DNA of 64,000 bases from Rhodospirillaceae bacterium. GTDB lineage: Bacteria > Pseudomonadota > Alphaproteobacteria > Rhodospirillales > Magnetospirillaceae. The stretch is taken from positions 7,010 to 71,009 of the forward strand of contig JAYFRE010000128.1 of assembly GCA_034926235.1 (NCBI GenBank), read 5' to 3'. Of the stretch, positions 45,352 through 54,424 are shown in pieces. Numbering within the stretch: the first letter of the stretch is position 1; every line of letters begins with the position of its first letter. Under the pieces are notes generated by a model. It did not search any database. It saw only the letters and a list, made by a program, of their open reading frames with translations, and was not told the origin of the DNA. The translations under genes and the position numbers were made by a program.

Positions 45352-45540
45352 TTTGATAAAAGTCCCCCCGTTTCGTCCGAACGTCCGATTTTAAAACTAA
45401 GCCGGGCCAAGAATCGAGTATGGCGAATGGGCGGGCGCGTTTCGGCCCAAAATGGCTTTGCCGTTGCCCGGTCCTGCGGGCGCGGGGTATGCTTCAAGCG
45501 GTCGAACCCGACCGCTTTTTCTGGGATTGTCTGGAATTTC

Positions 45541-46326
45541 ATGCCCGCTTCGCCGACCCGGTTTGTTTTGGACGGACGCACCGCCATCGTCACCATGGAC
45601 CATCCGGCCAAGCGCAATGCGCTGGGCGCGGATATGGCGCGGGCCATCGTCGCGGATCTGGACCGCGCCCGCCAGGCCCAGGCGCGCTGTCTGATCCTGC
45701 GCGCGCCGCCCGGTTCGGCGGTCTGGTCGGCGGGGCATGATATCGATGAATTCCCCGCCGCGCGCCGCGATCCTTTGGGCTGGGACGATCCTTTTCGGGT
45801 CATGTTGCGCGCTATCGAAGATTTCCCGGCGCCGGTGATTGCCCTGATCGAAGGGGGTGTCTGGGGCGGGGCCTGTGAAATGGCCATGTCCTGCGACATT
45901 CTGGTAGCGACGCCCGATGTGCGCTTCTCGATTACGCCGGGACGGTTGGGGGTGCCCTACAGCATCGCCGGATTGCTGACATTGACCAACGCCGCCGGCC
46001 TAGGACTGGTCAAGGAGATGCTTTTCACCGCCCATCCGCTCGATGCGGAACGCGCGGAGCGGCTGGGTGTCGTCAATCACGTCGTGCCTGCCGGCCAGAT
46101 CGAGGATTTCTGCCGAAGGCTGGCGCAGGATATCGAGGTGCTGGCTCCACTGGCCTTGTCGGCGATGAAGGAATCCTTGCGCGTCCTGGCCGGGGCGCAT
46201 GCGATGCCGCCTGATGCTTTCGAGCGTCTTCAGGGCTTGCGGCGCGCGGTCTATGATAGTGACGATTACGAGGAAGGGCTGCGGGCGTTCCGGGAACGCC
46301 GCAAGCCGGATTTCAAGGGGCGGTAA
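45541..46326 (+). CDS. Enoyl-CoA hydratase/isomerase (crotonase) family protein
   Basis: 261 aa from the ATG at 45541. Crotonase motifs: TMDHPAKRNAL, SAGHDIDEF, IALIEGGVWGGACEMAMSCD and a C-terminal DYEEGLRAFRERRKPDFKG. The 706-aa track ORF is an artefactual upstream extension. Confidence 0.8.
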   Translation: MPASPTRFVLDGRTAIVTMDHPAKRNALGADMARAIVADLDRARQAQARCLILRAPPGSAVWSAGHDIDEFPAARRDPLGWDDPFRVMLRAIEDFPAPVIALIEGGVWGGACEMAMSCDILVATPDVRFSITPGRLGVPYSIAGLLTLTNAAGLGLVKEMLFTAHPLDAERAERLGVVNHVVPAGQIEDFCRRLAQDIEVLAPLALSAMKESLRVLAGAHAMPPDAFERLQGLRRAVYDSDDYEEGLRAFRERRKPDFKGR

Positions 46327-46354
46327 GAAGCAAACGGGCGTTTCGGTTCGATCA

Positions 46355-46363
46355 GGGGGGGGG
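46355..46363. repeat. G9 homopolymer tract
   Basis: Nine consecutive G read at 46355-46363, about 26 nt upstream of the cytochrome b561 start codon. Confidence 0.95.
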
Positions 46364-46388
46364 AATCTTTAAGGGTGGAGGCCCGGCG

Positions 46389-46937
46389 ATGTCCCTGAAA
46401 AGCGATGACGAACGGTATGGCGCGGTGGCTCAGGCCCTGCATTGGAGCATAGCGTTTCTGCTGCTGCTGATGGTCTTGAGCGGTTATCTGTCCGGAACCC
46501 TGCCCAAGGCTACGATCGTGCCCTTGCACAAGGCGACGGGCATCCTGGTCCTGGGGCTGACGGTGATCCGCCTTTTATGGTGGGGTCTCGATCCCAACCG
46601 TCCGGGGGACGAGATGCTGGGATGGGAAAGAATCCCCGCCCGGCTGGTGAAATGGGCTCTGTTGTTCCTGGGATTGGCCTTGCCGTTGTCGGGCTGGATG
46701 ATGAGTTCGGCTGCCGGCAGACCGATCTCGTTCTACGGGATCTTCGATGTGCCGCTCTTGATCGGGCCGGACCGCGCGCTGGCGGGAACCGTCTATGGCT
46801 TGCACGGGATTCTGGCTTTGATCCTGGTGGCGGCGGCGGCGCTGCATGTCGCAGGCGCCCTACGTCATGGCATCATTCTCAAGGATGGGGTGCTGCTGCG
46901 CATGATGCCCGCTCACCGGCGCGGACGGTCTTTTTAG
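46389..46937 (+). CDS. Cytochrome b561 family protein
   Basis: 182 aa with four TM helices. Conserved His positions are in [23 protein letters not shown] and [22 protein letters not shown]. Confidence 0.8.
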   Translation: MSLKSDDERYGAVAQALHWSIAFLLLLMVLSGYLSGTLPKATIVPLHKATGILVLGLTVIRLLWWGLDPNRPGDEMLGWERIPARLVKWALLFLGLALPLSGWMMSSAAGRPISFYGIFDVPLLIGPDRALAGTVYGLHGILALILVAAAALHVAGALRHGIILKDGVLLRMMPAHRRGRSF

Positions 46938-47040
46938 GAATTATCCCGCGCCTACTTGTCTTGTCGTTGCTCCACCGCCCGTCTTTTGCGATGATCCGGC
47001 GCGGGGTGCATCCGCTTCATGGTATGGGAGTGCTGCAAGG

Positions 47041-47274
47041 ATGGGTGGTTTAAGCTTATGGCATTGGCTGGTCGTGCTGGCCGTTGTCCTGCTTTTGTTC
47101 GGCAAGGGCAAGATTTCGTCGCTGATGGGCGATCTGGCGCAAGGCGTGAAGGCGTTCAAAAAAGGCATGGCTGATGACGAGCCGGCCGCAAAGCCCGAAT
47201 CGCCCAAGGTGCTGACTGCCGACGCCAAGGAAACGGTGGTGGAGAGCGAAAAGAACGGGGCCACCAAAGGCTGA
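47041..47274 (+). CDS. tatA: Twin-arginine translocase subunit TatA/E
   Basis: [43 protein letters not shown] is the canonical TatA N-terminus. Confidence 0.9.
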   Translation: MGGLSLWHWLVVLAVVLLLFGKGKISSLMGDLAQGVKAFKKGMADDEPAAKPESPKVLTADAKETVVESEKNGATKG

Positions 47275-47319
47275 TCCGCCTTTTGGTCTCTCTCTCCGGT
47301 TTCTTGAAAGCAAATCCGC

Positions 47320-47814
47320 ATGTTTGATGTCGCATGGTCCGAACTGGCCCTGATCGGGGCGGTCGCGCTGGTCGTGATCGGTCCCAAGGACCTGCCCAAA
47401 GTGATGCGCTCGATGGGACAATGGGCGCGCAAAGCGCGCCTTCTGGCCGGAGAATTCCAGCGCGGGGTCGATGAAATCGTGCGCCAGGCGGAATTGGACG
47501 ATCTGCGCAAGCAGGTGGAATCGCTCAAACCGTCGGTGGAAAACGCCGGACGGGCGATGGAAGAGGCAGGCCGGAAGATCGAGGCCAGCGTGACCGGGGC
47601 GGAAACCGCGCCCGTGCCAGTGGCGGAAGAGCCGGTTTCCCCCGCCGAGCCGGTCGTACCCACGGCTGCGCCGGAGGGGACGGATGCGCCCGTGACGGAA
47701 ATTCTGCCGGAACCGGGCGGCGATTTCGTGCCGCCGTCCGAGGCGGAGCTTCCGGCGCCGTTCCCCGATAAGGAACCGGCTCCCCTGTCCGCGCCGAAGG
47801 AGGCGGGACGGTGA
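47320..47814 (+). CDS. tatB: Twin-arginine translocase subunit TatB
   Basis: MFDVAWSELALIGAVALVVIGPKDLPKVMRSMGQWARKAR is the canonical TatB N-terminus. The tail is Pro/Glu-rich. Confidence 0.85.
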   Translation: MFDVAWSELALIGAVALVVIGPKDLPKVMRSMGQWARKARLLAGEFQRGVDEIVRQAELDDLRKQVESLKPSVENAGRAMEEAGRKIEASVTGAETAPVPVAEEPVSPAEPVVPTAAPEGTDAPVTEILPEPGGDFVPPSEAELPAPFPDKEPAPLSAPKEAGR

Positions 47815-48803
47815 CGGAATCAAAGATGGAAACGACCGCTCCGGCGGAGGATAACGCCGTAGGCGGCCAGATGTCGCTGATCGAGCATCTGATCGAGCTG
47901 CGCAAGCGGCTGATGATCTCGGCCCTGGCCTTTATCGTCGCCTTCATTTTGTGCTTCTTCGTCGCCCAGGACATCTACGCCGTCCTGCAGAGGCCGCTGG
48001 CGGCGGTGGTGCTGGCCAAGGGCGCGGACCGGCACATGATCTTTACCGCGCCGACCGAAGCCTTTTTCACCTATCTGGAAGTCGCGGCCTTTGCCGCCGC
48101 CTTCATCTGCTTTCCGGTCTGGGCCGGCCAGCTTTGGGCCTTTGTCGCCCCCGGTCTTTATAAGCACGAAAGGAAAGCTTTCCTGCCGTTCCTGGTGGCG
48201 ACGCCGGTTCTGTTCGTGGCCGGGGCTGCGACGGTTTATTTCATCGTGCTGCCGATGGCGCTGCGCTTCTTCCTGTCTTTCGAGACGCTGGGCATCGCCG
48301 CCGAAGGAACGCTGCCGATCGCGCTCGACGCCAAGGTCAGCGAATATCTGTCGCTGGTGATGAAGCTGATCTTCGCCTTCGGCATCGCCTATCAATTGCC
48401 GGTTCTGCTGACGCTGCTGGCCCGGGTCGGCATCATTTCGTCCAACGCCCTGGTGGAAAAGCGGCGCTATGCCATCGTCGGCGTGTTCGTCGCGGCGGCG
48501 ATCCTGACGCCTCCGGATGTCTTGAGCCAGCTCAGCTTAGCGATTCCGATGCTGCTGCTTTATGAAATCTCGATCTTTGCCTGCCGTCGGATCGAGAAGA
48601 ATCGGGACGGAGCGGAAACGGAAGTGGAAGCGGAAACGGAAACGCCGCCCGAGCCTGAAGCGCCCGCGCCCGCGCCCGCGCCCGAACCCGCGCCGGAAGT
48701 CCGGCCCGAGCCCGAGCCGGAGACCCCGGTTGAAGCCTTGCCTGCGCCGGATGCCGCATCCGATTCGGAGAAGACGGACGGGACGACGCGTCCTAAGATA
48801 TAG
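47811..48803 (+). CDS. tatC: Twin-arginine translocase subunit TatC with an acidic Pro-rich C-terminal extension
   Basis: TatC core ([13 protein letters not shown]..., six TM helices, TPPDVLSQ). A GTG at 47811 overlaps the tatB stop; an alternative ATG is at 47826. About 70 extra C-terminal residues are rich in E/P/A/T. Confidence 0.9.
   Translation: MTESKMETTAPAEDNAVGGQMSLIEHLIELRKRLMISALAFIVAFILCFFVAQDIYAVLQRPLAAVVLAKGADRHMIFTAPTEAFFTYLEVAAFAAAFICFPVWAGQLWAFVAPGLYKHERKAFLPFLVATPVLFVAGAATVYFIVLPMALRFFLSFETLGIAAEGTLPIALDAKVSEYLSLVMKLIFAFGIAYQLPVLLTLLARVGIISSNALVEKRRYAIVGVFVAAAILTPPDVLSQLSLAIPMLLLYEISIFACRRIEKNRDGAETEVEAETETPPEPEAPAPAPAPEPAPEVRPEPEPETPVEALPAPDAASDSEKTDGTTRPKI
48661..48684. 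repeat. Hexanucleotide tandem repeat (CGCCCG)x4 inside the tatC tail
   Basis: cgcccgcgcccgcgcccgcgcccg read at 48661-48684. It encodes the APAPAPAP stretch. Confidence 0.9.
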
Positions 48804-48928
48804 GTGTCAACCGGACGAAACGGCCCTGTGCCTACCCCCTCCGCCCGCCGCGTCCGAGGGGGTCGCCCTTGTCGGCGGCGGCGGGGCGTTCTATAACGGC
48901 GGCGCTGGTTCTACGCTTTGGGGTTCCC

Positions 48929-50206
48929 ATGCACGACATTAAATTCATCCGCGATATGCCCGAAACCTTTGATGCCGGGCTTGCGCGGCGCGGGCTCGCG
49001 CCGGCTTCCGCCCATATCCTCGACCTCGACCGCCGCCGCCGCGCCGCTCAGACCGCTTTCCAGGAATCCCAGGCGCGCCGCAACGAGGCGTCGAAGGAAA
49101 TCGGCGCGGTGAAGAAGCAGGGCGGCGACGCTTCGGCGCTGATGGACGAGGTGGCGCGGCTGAAAGACGCGCTTACCGCCGCCGAAAGGGAAGAGGCGGA
49201 AACCGGGCGCGAACTGGACGGGCTTTTGTCCGCGCTGCCCAATCTGCCGGCGGCGGATGTGCCCGATGGCGCGGACGAAACCGCCAATGTCGAAGTCCGG
49301 CGCGTCGGCCAACCCGCATCGTTCGATTTCACCCCGCTCGAACATGACGTCTTGGGCGCCAAGCTCGGCCTGATGGATTTTGAAGCGGCGGCGAAGCTGT
49401 CGGGGGCCCGGTTCGTGGTTTTGCGCGGCAAGCTGGCCCGGCTTCAGCGCGCGATCGCGGCCTTCATGCTGGATCTGCAAACCTCCGAACACGGCTATAC
49501 CGAGATCGACCCGCCGCTTCTGGTTCGCGCCGAAGCGCTGTACGGCACCGGGAACCTGCCCAAATTCGGCGAGGATCTGTTCAAGGCCGGGGCCGAGCAT
49601 TACCTGATCCCGACCGCCGAGGTGCCGCTGACCAACCTGGCTTCGGTGCGCATTTTGGACGAAGCCGAACTGCCCTTGCGCATGACCGCGCTGACGCCCT
49701 GTTTCCGCTCCGAAGCAGGCGCTGCCGGCAAGGACACGCGCGGCATGATCCGCCAGCACCAGTTCCACAAGGTCGAGCTGGTTTCGATCGTGCATCCCGA
49801 CCATTCTAAAGCCGAGCATGAGCGCATGACCGGCTGCGCCGAGGAAGTGCTGAAGCGTTTGGGCATTCCCTATCGCGTGATGGCGCTTTCCGCCGGCGAT
49901 ATGGGATTCTCGGCCCGCAAGACCTACGATATCGAGGTCTGGCTGCCCGGTCAGAACACCTATCGCGAAATTTCGAGCTGCTCGAACTGCGGCGACTTCC
50001 AGGCGCGGCGCATGAACGCCCGTTTCCGGCCCACCGGCCAGAAGGGCACGCGCTTCGTCCATACGCTGAACGGGTCGGGACTGGCGGTTGGCCGCACCCT
50101 GATCGCGGTGATGGAGAACGGCCAGCAGGCCGACGGCTCGATCCGCATTCCCGACGCTTTGCGTCCTTATATGGGCGGGGTGGAGGTGATTTCGGCCGAT
50201 GTTTGA
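48929..50206 (+). CDS. serS: Seryl-tRNA synthetase
   Basis: 425 aa from MHDIKFIRD. It has an N-terminal coiled-coil arm and class-II motifs ([56 protein letters not shown]). Confidence 0.95.
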   Translation: MHDIKFIRDMPETFDAGLARRGLAPASAHILDLDRRRRAAQTAFQESQARRNEASKEIGAVKKQGGDASALMDEVARLKDALTAAEREEAETGRELDGLLSALPNLPAADVPDGADETANVEVRRVGQPASFDFTPLEHDVLGAKLGLMDFEAAAKLSGARFVVLRGKLARLQRAIAAFMLDLQTSEHGYTEIDPPLLVRAEALYGTGNLPKFGEDLFKAGAEHYLIPTAEVPLTNLASVRILDEAELPLRMTALTPCFRSEAGAAGKDTRGMIRQHQFHKVELVSIVHPDHSKAEHERMTGCAEEVLKRLGIPYRVMALSAGDMGFSARKTYDIEVWLPGQNTYREISSCSNCGDFQARRMNARFRPTGQKGTRFVHTLNGSGLAVGRTLIAVMENGQQADGSIRIPDALRPYMGGVEVISADV

Positions 50207-50981
50207 GCCTTTAAACGACCTTGCCTCGGCACGTATCCTGGTTACCAATGACGATGGCGTTCATGCTCCCGGCATCGCCTTGCTGGAACGCATCGCCCGG
50301 GAATTTTCCACAGACGTCTGGGTGGTGGCTCCCGACGCCGAACAGAGCGCGGTCGCCCATTCTTTGACCGTGCGCCGCCCGTTGCGGGTCCTGAACCAGG
50401 GCGAGCGGCGTTTTTCGGTCGATGGCACGCCGACGGACAGCGTGTTTCTGGCGGTGCGCCAGATCCTGGCCGACCGGCCCCCGGACCTGATTCTGTCCGG
50501 GATCAATAATGGCGGCAATCTGGGCGAGGACGTCACCTATTCCGGCACCGTAGCGGCAGCGATGGAGGGCACCTTGCTGGGGGTGCGTTCGATCGCCCTG
50601 TCGCAGCGTTACACCCCCGGCGAACCGACGCCTTGGGAAACGGCCGGACATTGGGCGGCGGCGGTGATCCGGCGCTTCGCGGCGCAAGGCTGGTCCAGGG
50701 ACACGCTGCTGAACGTCAATTTCCCCGCTCGTCCGCCGGACGCGGTAACCGGGGTCGAGACCGTGCGTCAGGGACGCCGTTTCCATGCCGACGAACTGAC
50801 GCGGCGCGTCGATCCGCATGGTCAGGATTATTACTGGATCGGGGGGCAGCGCGCCGAGGACAAGGGCGAACCCGGGACTGATCTTTACGCTATCGCTCAT
50901 GGCGCGGTGTCGGTGACGCCGCTTTGCGTCGATTTCACCGATTTCGATACCTTGGCACGATTGGACACGGCCAGCCCATGA
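50199..50981 (+). CDS. surE: 5'/3'-nucleotidase SurE
   Basis: [15 protein letters not shown]...GTPTDSV...[25 protein letters not shown] are SurE signatures. The start overlaps the serS stop. Confidence 0.9.
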   Translation: MFEPLNDLASARILVTNDDGVHAPGIALLERIAREFSTDVWVVAPDAEQSAVAHSLTVRRPLRVLNQGERRFSVDGTPTDSVFLAVRQILADRPPDLILSGINNGGNLGEDVTYSGTVAAAMEGTLLGVRSIALSQRYTPGEPTPWETAGHWAAAVIRRFAAQGWSRDTLLNVNFPARPPDAVTGVETVRQGRRFHADELTRRVDPHGQDYYWIGGQRAEDKGEPGTDLYAIAHGAVSVTPLCVDFTDFDTLARLDTASP

Positions 50982-51613
50982 GTCTCGAGGCGCGCAAGAT
51001 CCGCCTTCTGATGGATTTGCGCCGTTCGGGCGTCACCGATACGCGGGTGCTTTCGGCGATCGAGCGTACGCCGCGCGATCTGTTCGTGCCCGTCCCCTTT
51101 GCCGATCAATCCTATGAAAATGTCACCTTGCCGATCGGGCAGGGACAGACGATCAGCCAGCCCGAGATCGTGGCGGCGATGACCCAGGCGCTGGATGTCG
51201 GCCCGCGCATGCGGGTGCTGGAGATCGGCACCGGATCGGGCTATCAGGCGGCGGTCCTGTCCCAGCTGTGCCGGCGGGTCTACACCATGGAACGTTACAA
51301 ATCCCTGCTGAAAGAGGCCGAGGCGCGATTCAAGACTCTGTTCCTGGGCAATGTCACCACGCTGTTGGGCGACGGAGCGCGCGGGTGGCCTGAACAGGCT
51401 CCCTTCGACCGTATCCTGGTGACCGCCGCCAGCGAGGACGTCCCGAAAGCCTTGCTCGACCAGTTGAGCGATTCCGGGATCATGGTTCTGCCGGTGGGGC
51501 CGGCGAACAGCGATCAGGTGCTGATCCGGGTCGAACGCCGGGATGGGCGGTTTCATTCCAAGCGGTTGATGAATGTCCGTTTCGTTCCTCTCGTCGGCGG
51601 GGTCGGCGCATAA
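50978..51613 (+). CDS. pcm: Protein-L-isoaspartate O-methyltransferase
   Basis: PRDLFVP...ISQPEIVAAM...VLEIGTGSGYQAAVLS...RFVPL. The ATG at 50978 forms an ATGA overlap with the surE stop. Confidence 0.9.
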   Translation: MSLEARKIRLLMDLRRSGVTDTRVLSAIERTPRDLFVPVPFADQSYENVTLPIGQGQTISQPEIVAAMTQALDVGPRMRVLEIGTGSGYQAAVLSQLCRRVYTMERYKSLLKEAEARFKTLFLGNVTTLLGDGARGWPEQAPFDRILVTAASEDVPKALLDQLSDSGIMVLPVGPANSDQVLIRVERRDGRFHSKRLMNVRFVPLVGGVGA

Positions 51614-51687
51614 GGTCCGATCCGGGCTTTTGAAAAAAAACGCTCAGGCGATTGATACCGGGTTATCGCTCTTGTACTGTCGGCGCC

Positions 51688-52923
51688 ATGACCGCGCTGC
51701 GTTTCATGTCCCATTCTCGTTTTGTCTCGGGTTTCGCCCTGGCCCTGATTGCGGTCCTGGTGGCGGGATGCTCGAGCGGCGGCTCGTCGCGCGCTCCGGT
51801 CGATTACGGCGCGCAGCGTTCGGCGGCGCGCCCATCCACCTATACCGTGCAGGAAGGCGATACCGTCTATGCCGTGTCGCGCCGCTTCGGCGTGCCGGTG
51901 CGGGCGCTGATCGACGCCAACGGCCTGGTCTCTCCCTTCCATCTTAAAGCGGGTCAGACTCTGGCGCTGGGAACGCAGACGGATTATGTCGTGACGCGCG
52001 GCGATACGCTGACCGGAATCGCGCGCAAGACCGGCGTTTCCTTTACGACCCTGGCGCGGCTCAATGGGCTGGAACCGCCCTATCCCTTGCAGGCCGGACA
52101 GAAACTGATCCTGCCCGGCGCGGAATCGGGGAATGTTCAGGTCGCCTCACGGGATAGCAGCGGCGAATCGTCGGTCATTTTGTCGCCGCAACTGGCCAAA
52201 ACGCAGAACGCGGCCCAACCGGCGGCGTCCGGCGCATCCCAGGCGGGGGCAGGGGATTCCTATCGCCCGGTCGAGGTGCGCGGCGGAACGTCCAGCGCGC
52301 CAACGGCTACGTCCGCTGCGCCTGTGTCGGCTGCACCTGCTTCAGCACCGAATTCTGCACCCACGGCATCTCCGGCCGTCGTCACGGCGCAGGCCCCGGC
52401 GGCCGCCATCGAACCGTCCGGTGCGGCGCCCCAGACCGCCATGGCTCAGCCTGCCGCCGTGACCTCTCCGGTCGTGGTGCCGCCGCCGCCGCCCCGGTCG
52501 GGGCAGGGTTATGTCTGGCCGGTCAAGGGCCGGGTGATCGCCGAATTCGGCGCTACCGGCAAAGGCCAGCATAATGACGGCATCAATATCGAAGTGGCGA
52601 AGGGAACGCCGGTGCTGGCGGCCGAAGACGGGGTGGTGGCTTATTCGGGCAACGAGTTGCGGGGCTTCGGCAATCTGTTGCTGCTGAAACATGCCGACGG
52701 TTGGATGACCGCCTACGCCCATAATGAAAAGCTGCTGGTCAAGCGGGGCGACATGGTGAAGCGGGGGCAGCAGATGGCTCTATCCGGCGATTCGGGCGGC
52801 GTATCGCCGCCCCAGCTTCATTTCGAGATGCGCAAGGGGACCCGCGCCATCGATCCCCTGACCGTACTGGGAAAATCCGTCAGTCCAACCGCTTCCCTTG
52901 GCGGCCAGCCAAATCCTGGATGA
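51688..52923 (+). CDS. LysM-domain M23 metallopeptidase lipoprotein (NlpD-like)
   Basis: Lipobox LVAGC, two LysM repeats (YTVQEGDTVYAVSRRFG, YVVTRGDTLTGIARKTG), an Ala/Pro-rich linker and an M23 core (HNDGINI..., LLLKHADGWMTAYAHN, LHFEMRKG). Confidence 0.85.
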   Translation: MTALRFMSHSRFVSGFALALIAVLVAGCSSGGSSRAPVDYGAQRSAARPSTYTVQEGDTVYAVSRRFGVPVRALIDANGLVSPFHLKAGQTLALGTQTDYVVTRGDTLTGIARKTGVSFTTLARLNGLEPPYPLQAGQKLILPGAESGNVQVASRDSSGESSVILSPQLAKTQNAAQPAASGASQAGAGDSYRPVEVRGGTSSAPTATSAAPVSAAPASAPNSAPTASPAVVTAQAPAAAIEPSGAAPQTAMAQPAAVTSPVVVPPPPPRSGQGYVWPVKGRVIAEFGATGKGQHNDGINIEVAKGTPVLAAEDGVVAYSGNELRGFGNLLLLKHADGWMTAYAHNEKLLVKRGDMVKRGQQMALSGDSGGVSPPQLHFEMRKGTRAIDPLTVLGKSVSPTASLGGQPNPG

Positions 52924-53740
52924 ATTGCCAGGCGACGCGGCCCGAGCGCGCGCCGCGCGTAATCGACCATTCCAAAGCTTCGGCATGAATGCGCGCCTGT
53001 TCGCCGGACAGGTCGAAAGCGCCGGCATAGCCATCGATAATCGACAGATAGGTCGGCTGGTCCAGATCGTAGAATCCGAGCCATAGGCCGAAACGGTCCG
53101 ACAGCGACACCTTTTCTTCGACCGCTTCGCCGGCATGGATGGCGGTCGAGCGCTCGTTTTCGATCATGTCGCGCGCCAGCAAATGCCGCCGGTTCGACGT
53201 GGCGTAAAGCAGAACATTGTCGGGCCGGCCCTCAGCCCCGCCATCGAGCACCGCTTTCAGCGATTTGTAGCTTTCATCCGATGCATCGAAGGACAGATCG
53301 TCGCAGAACAAAAGGTAGCGCCGAGTGCTGGCGCGCAGCAGAGACAAAAGAGCGGGCAGGCTTTCGATATCCTCGCGCGGGATTTCCACCAGGACCAGAC
53401 TGTGCGGCGTCTGTTCGTTGATCGTGGCGTGTACGGCCTTGACCAGGGATGATTTGCCGGTGCCGCGCGATCCCCACAGCAGCGCGTTGTTGGCGGGCAA
53501 GCCTTTGGCGAAGCGGCGGGTGTTGTCGAGCAGGATATGGGCCTGACGTTCGATTCCCTTCAGCAGCGACAGATCCAGGCGGTTGACCTTGGCGATCCGT
53601 TCCAGCCCGCCGGTTTTAGCGCGCCAGACAAAGGCGTCGCCTTCTTCCAGATCCGCGGCGTTGGGCGGCGGCGGAGCCAACCGCTCCAGCGCCTCGGCGA
53701 TCCGCAGCAGCACGGCATTCAAGTTGTTATCTTTCGTCAT
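52880..53740 (-). CDS. DUF815-type P-loop ATPase
   Basis: 286 aa. Walker A LLWGSRGTGKSSLVKAV, Walker B-like LLFCDDLSF. Family-typical length and N-terminal helical region. Confidence 0.7.
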   Translation of the reverse strand: MTKDNNLNAVLLRIAEALERLAPPPPNAADLEEGDAFVWRAKTGGLERIAKVNRLDLSLLKGIERQAHILLDNTRRFAKGLPANNALLWGSRGTGKSSLVKAVHATINEQTPHSLVLVEIPREDIESLPALLSLLRASTRRYLLFCDDLSFDASDESYKSLKAVLDGGAEGRPDNVLLYATSNRRHLLARDMIENERSTAIHAGEAVEEKVSLSDRFGLWLGFYDLDQPTYLSIIDGYAGAFDLSGEQARIHAEALEWSITRGARSGRVAWQFIQDLAGRQGKRLD

Positions 53741-53929
53741 GACCTAAAAAAATTTCCTAATATTGCGCGACGGCGGCCAAGGTAGCACGAGTTTTTGTCT
53801 GGTCAAGGGTTCCGTTCATCGTCGGAGCGCCATCGGCGGTGAAAACGGCGTGAGAAAGCATTGCATGTCGCCGCCAGCCCGTTATATTCCCGCTGCCCCC
53901 CGTGCGAATCGCCATTCTAGGAGAAGACG

Positions 53930-54400
53930 ATGTTCATTTCAGAGGCTGTCGCCCAGACCGCATCCTCCGCCCCGGCGGGCGGCATGGATCAGATGATGCA
54001 GTTCCTGCCGCTTATTCTTATCTTTGTCGTCTTCTATTTCCTGCTGATCCGGCCTCAGCAGCAGAAGGTGAAGCAGCATAAGGCGATGGTTAACGCCCTG
54101 CGCCGCGGCGATCGGGTCATCACCCAGGGCGGCTTCATGGGCAGCATCGTCAAGGTGGTCAACGAGAATGAACTTCTGGTCGAGATCGGCGAAAATGTGC
54201 GCGTGCGCATGCTGAAATCGGCGATATCCGAAGTGCTGTCGAAGACCGAACCGCAGTCCGCCGCGAAGAAGGATGGGGCCGACAAGGGCGAGCCCGCCAA
54301 GGACGGCGAAGGGCAAGAGGTCGTTCCGGCCGAGGCTCCGGCCGCCGAATCCGATAGCAAGCCCGCCTCTCTTCTGGGACGGTTGCTGGGCAAGAAGTAA
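53930..54400 (+). CDS. yajC: Preprotein translocase subunit YajC (with a long charged C-terminal tail)
   Basis: FLPLILIFVVFYFLLIRPQQQKVKQHKAMVNALRRGDRVITQGGFMGSIVKV is the YajC core. Confidence 0.85.
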   Translation: MFISEAVAQTASSAPAGGMDQMMQFLPLILIFVVFYFLLIRPQQQKVKQHKAMVNALRRGDRVITQGGFMGSIVKVVNENELLVEIGENVRVRMLKSAISEVLSKTEPQSAAKKDGADKGEPAKDGEGQEVVPAEAPAAESDSKPASLLGRLLGKK

Positions 54401-54424
54401 GGTTTCAAGGAAAACGGGGTCGTC

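Noticed and set aside
44206-45540. N-terminal 445 residues of the 706-aa plus-strand ORF that ends as the crotonase
   Set aside because: This part is antisense to the well-supported OYE flavoprotein gene and has no domain signature. Crotonase homology begins only at the ATG at 45541, so the long ORF is an artefactual upstream extension.
48600-48740. Short tandem repeats that might be a CRISPR-like or minisatellite array
   Set aside because: The repeats are 6-nt units, in frame, inside the tatC ORF. There is no repeat-spacer architecture.
48911-50248. 445-aa ORF antisense to serS, the same length as the track's serS ORF
   Set aside because: It is tempting in view of sense/antisense ideas about aminoacyl-tRNA synthetases. 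The product is Arg/Gly/Ala-rich with no motifs, has no RBS, and fits the pattern of shadow ORFs seen opposite nearly every long gene here.
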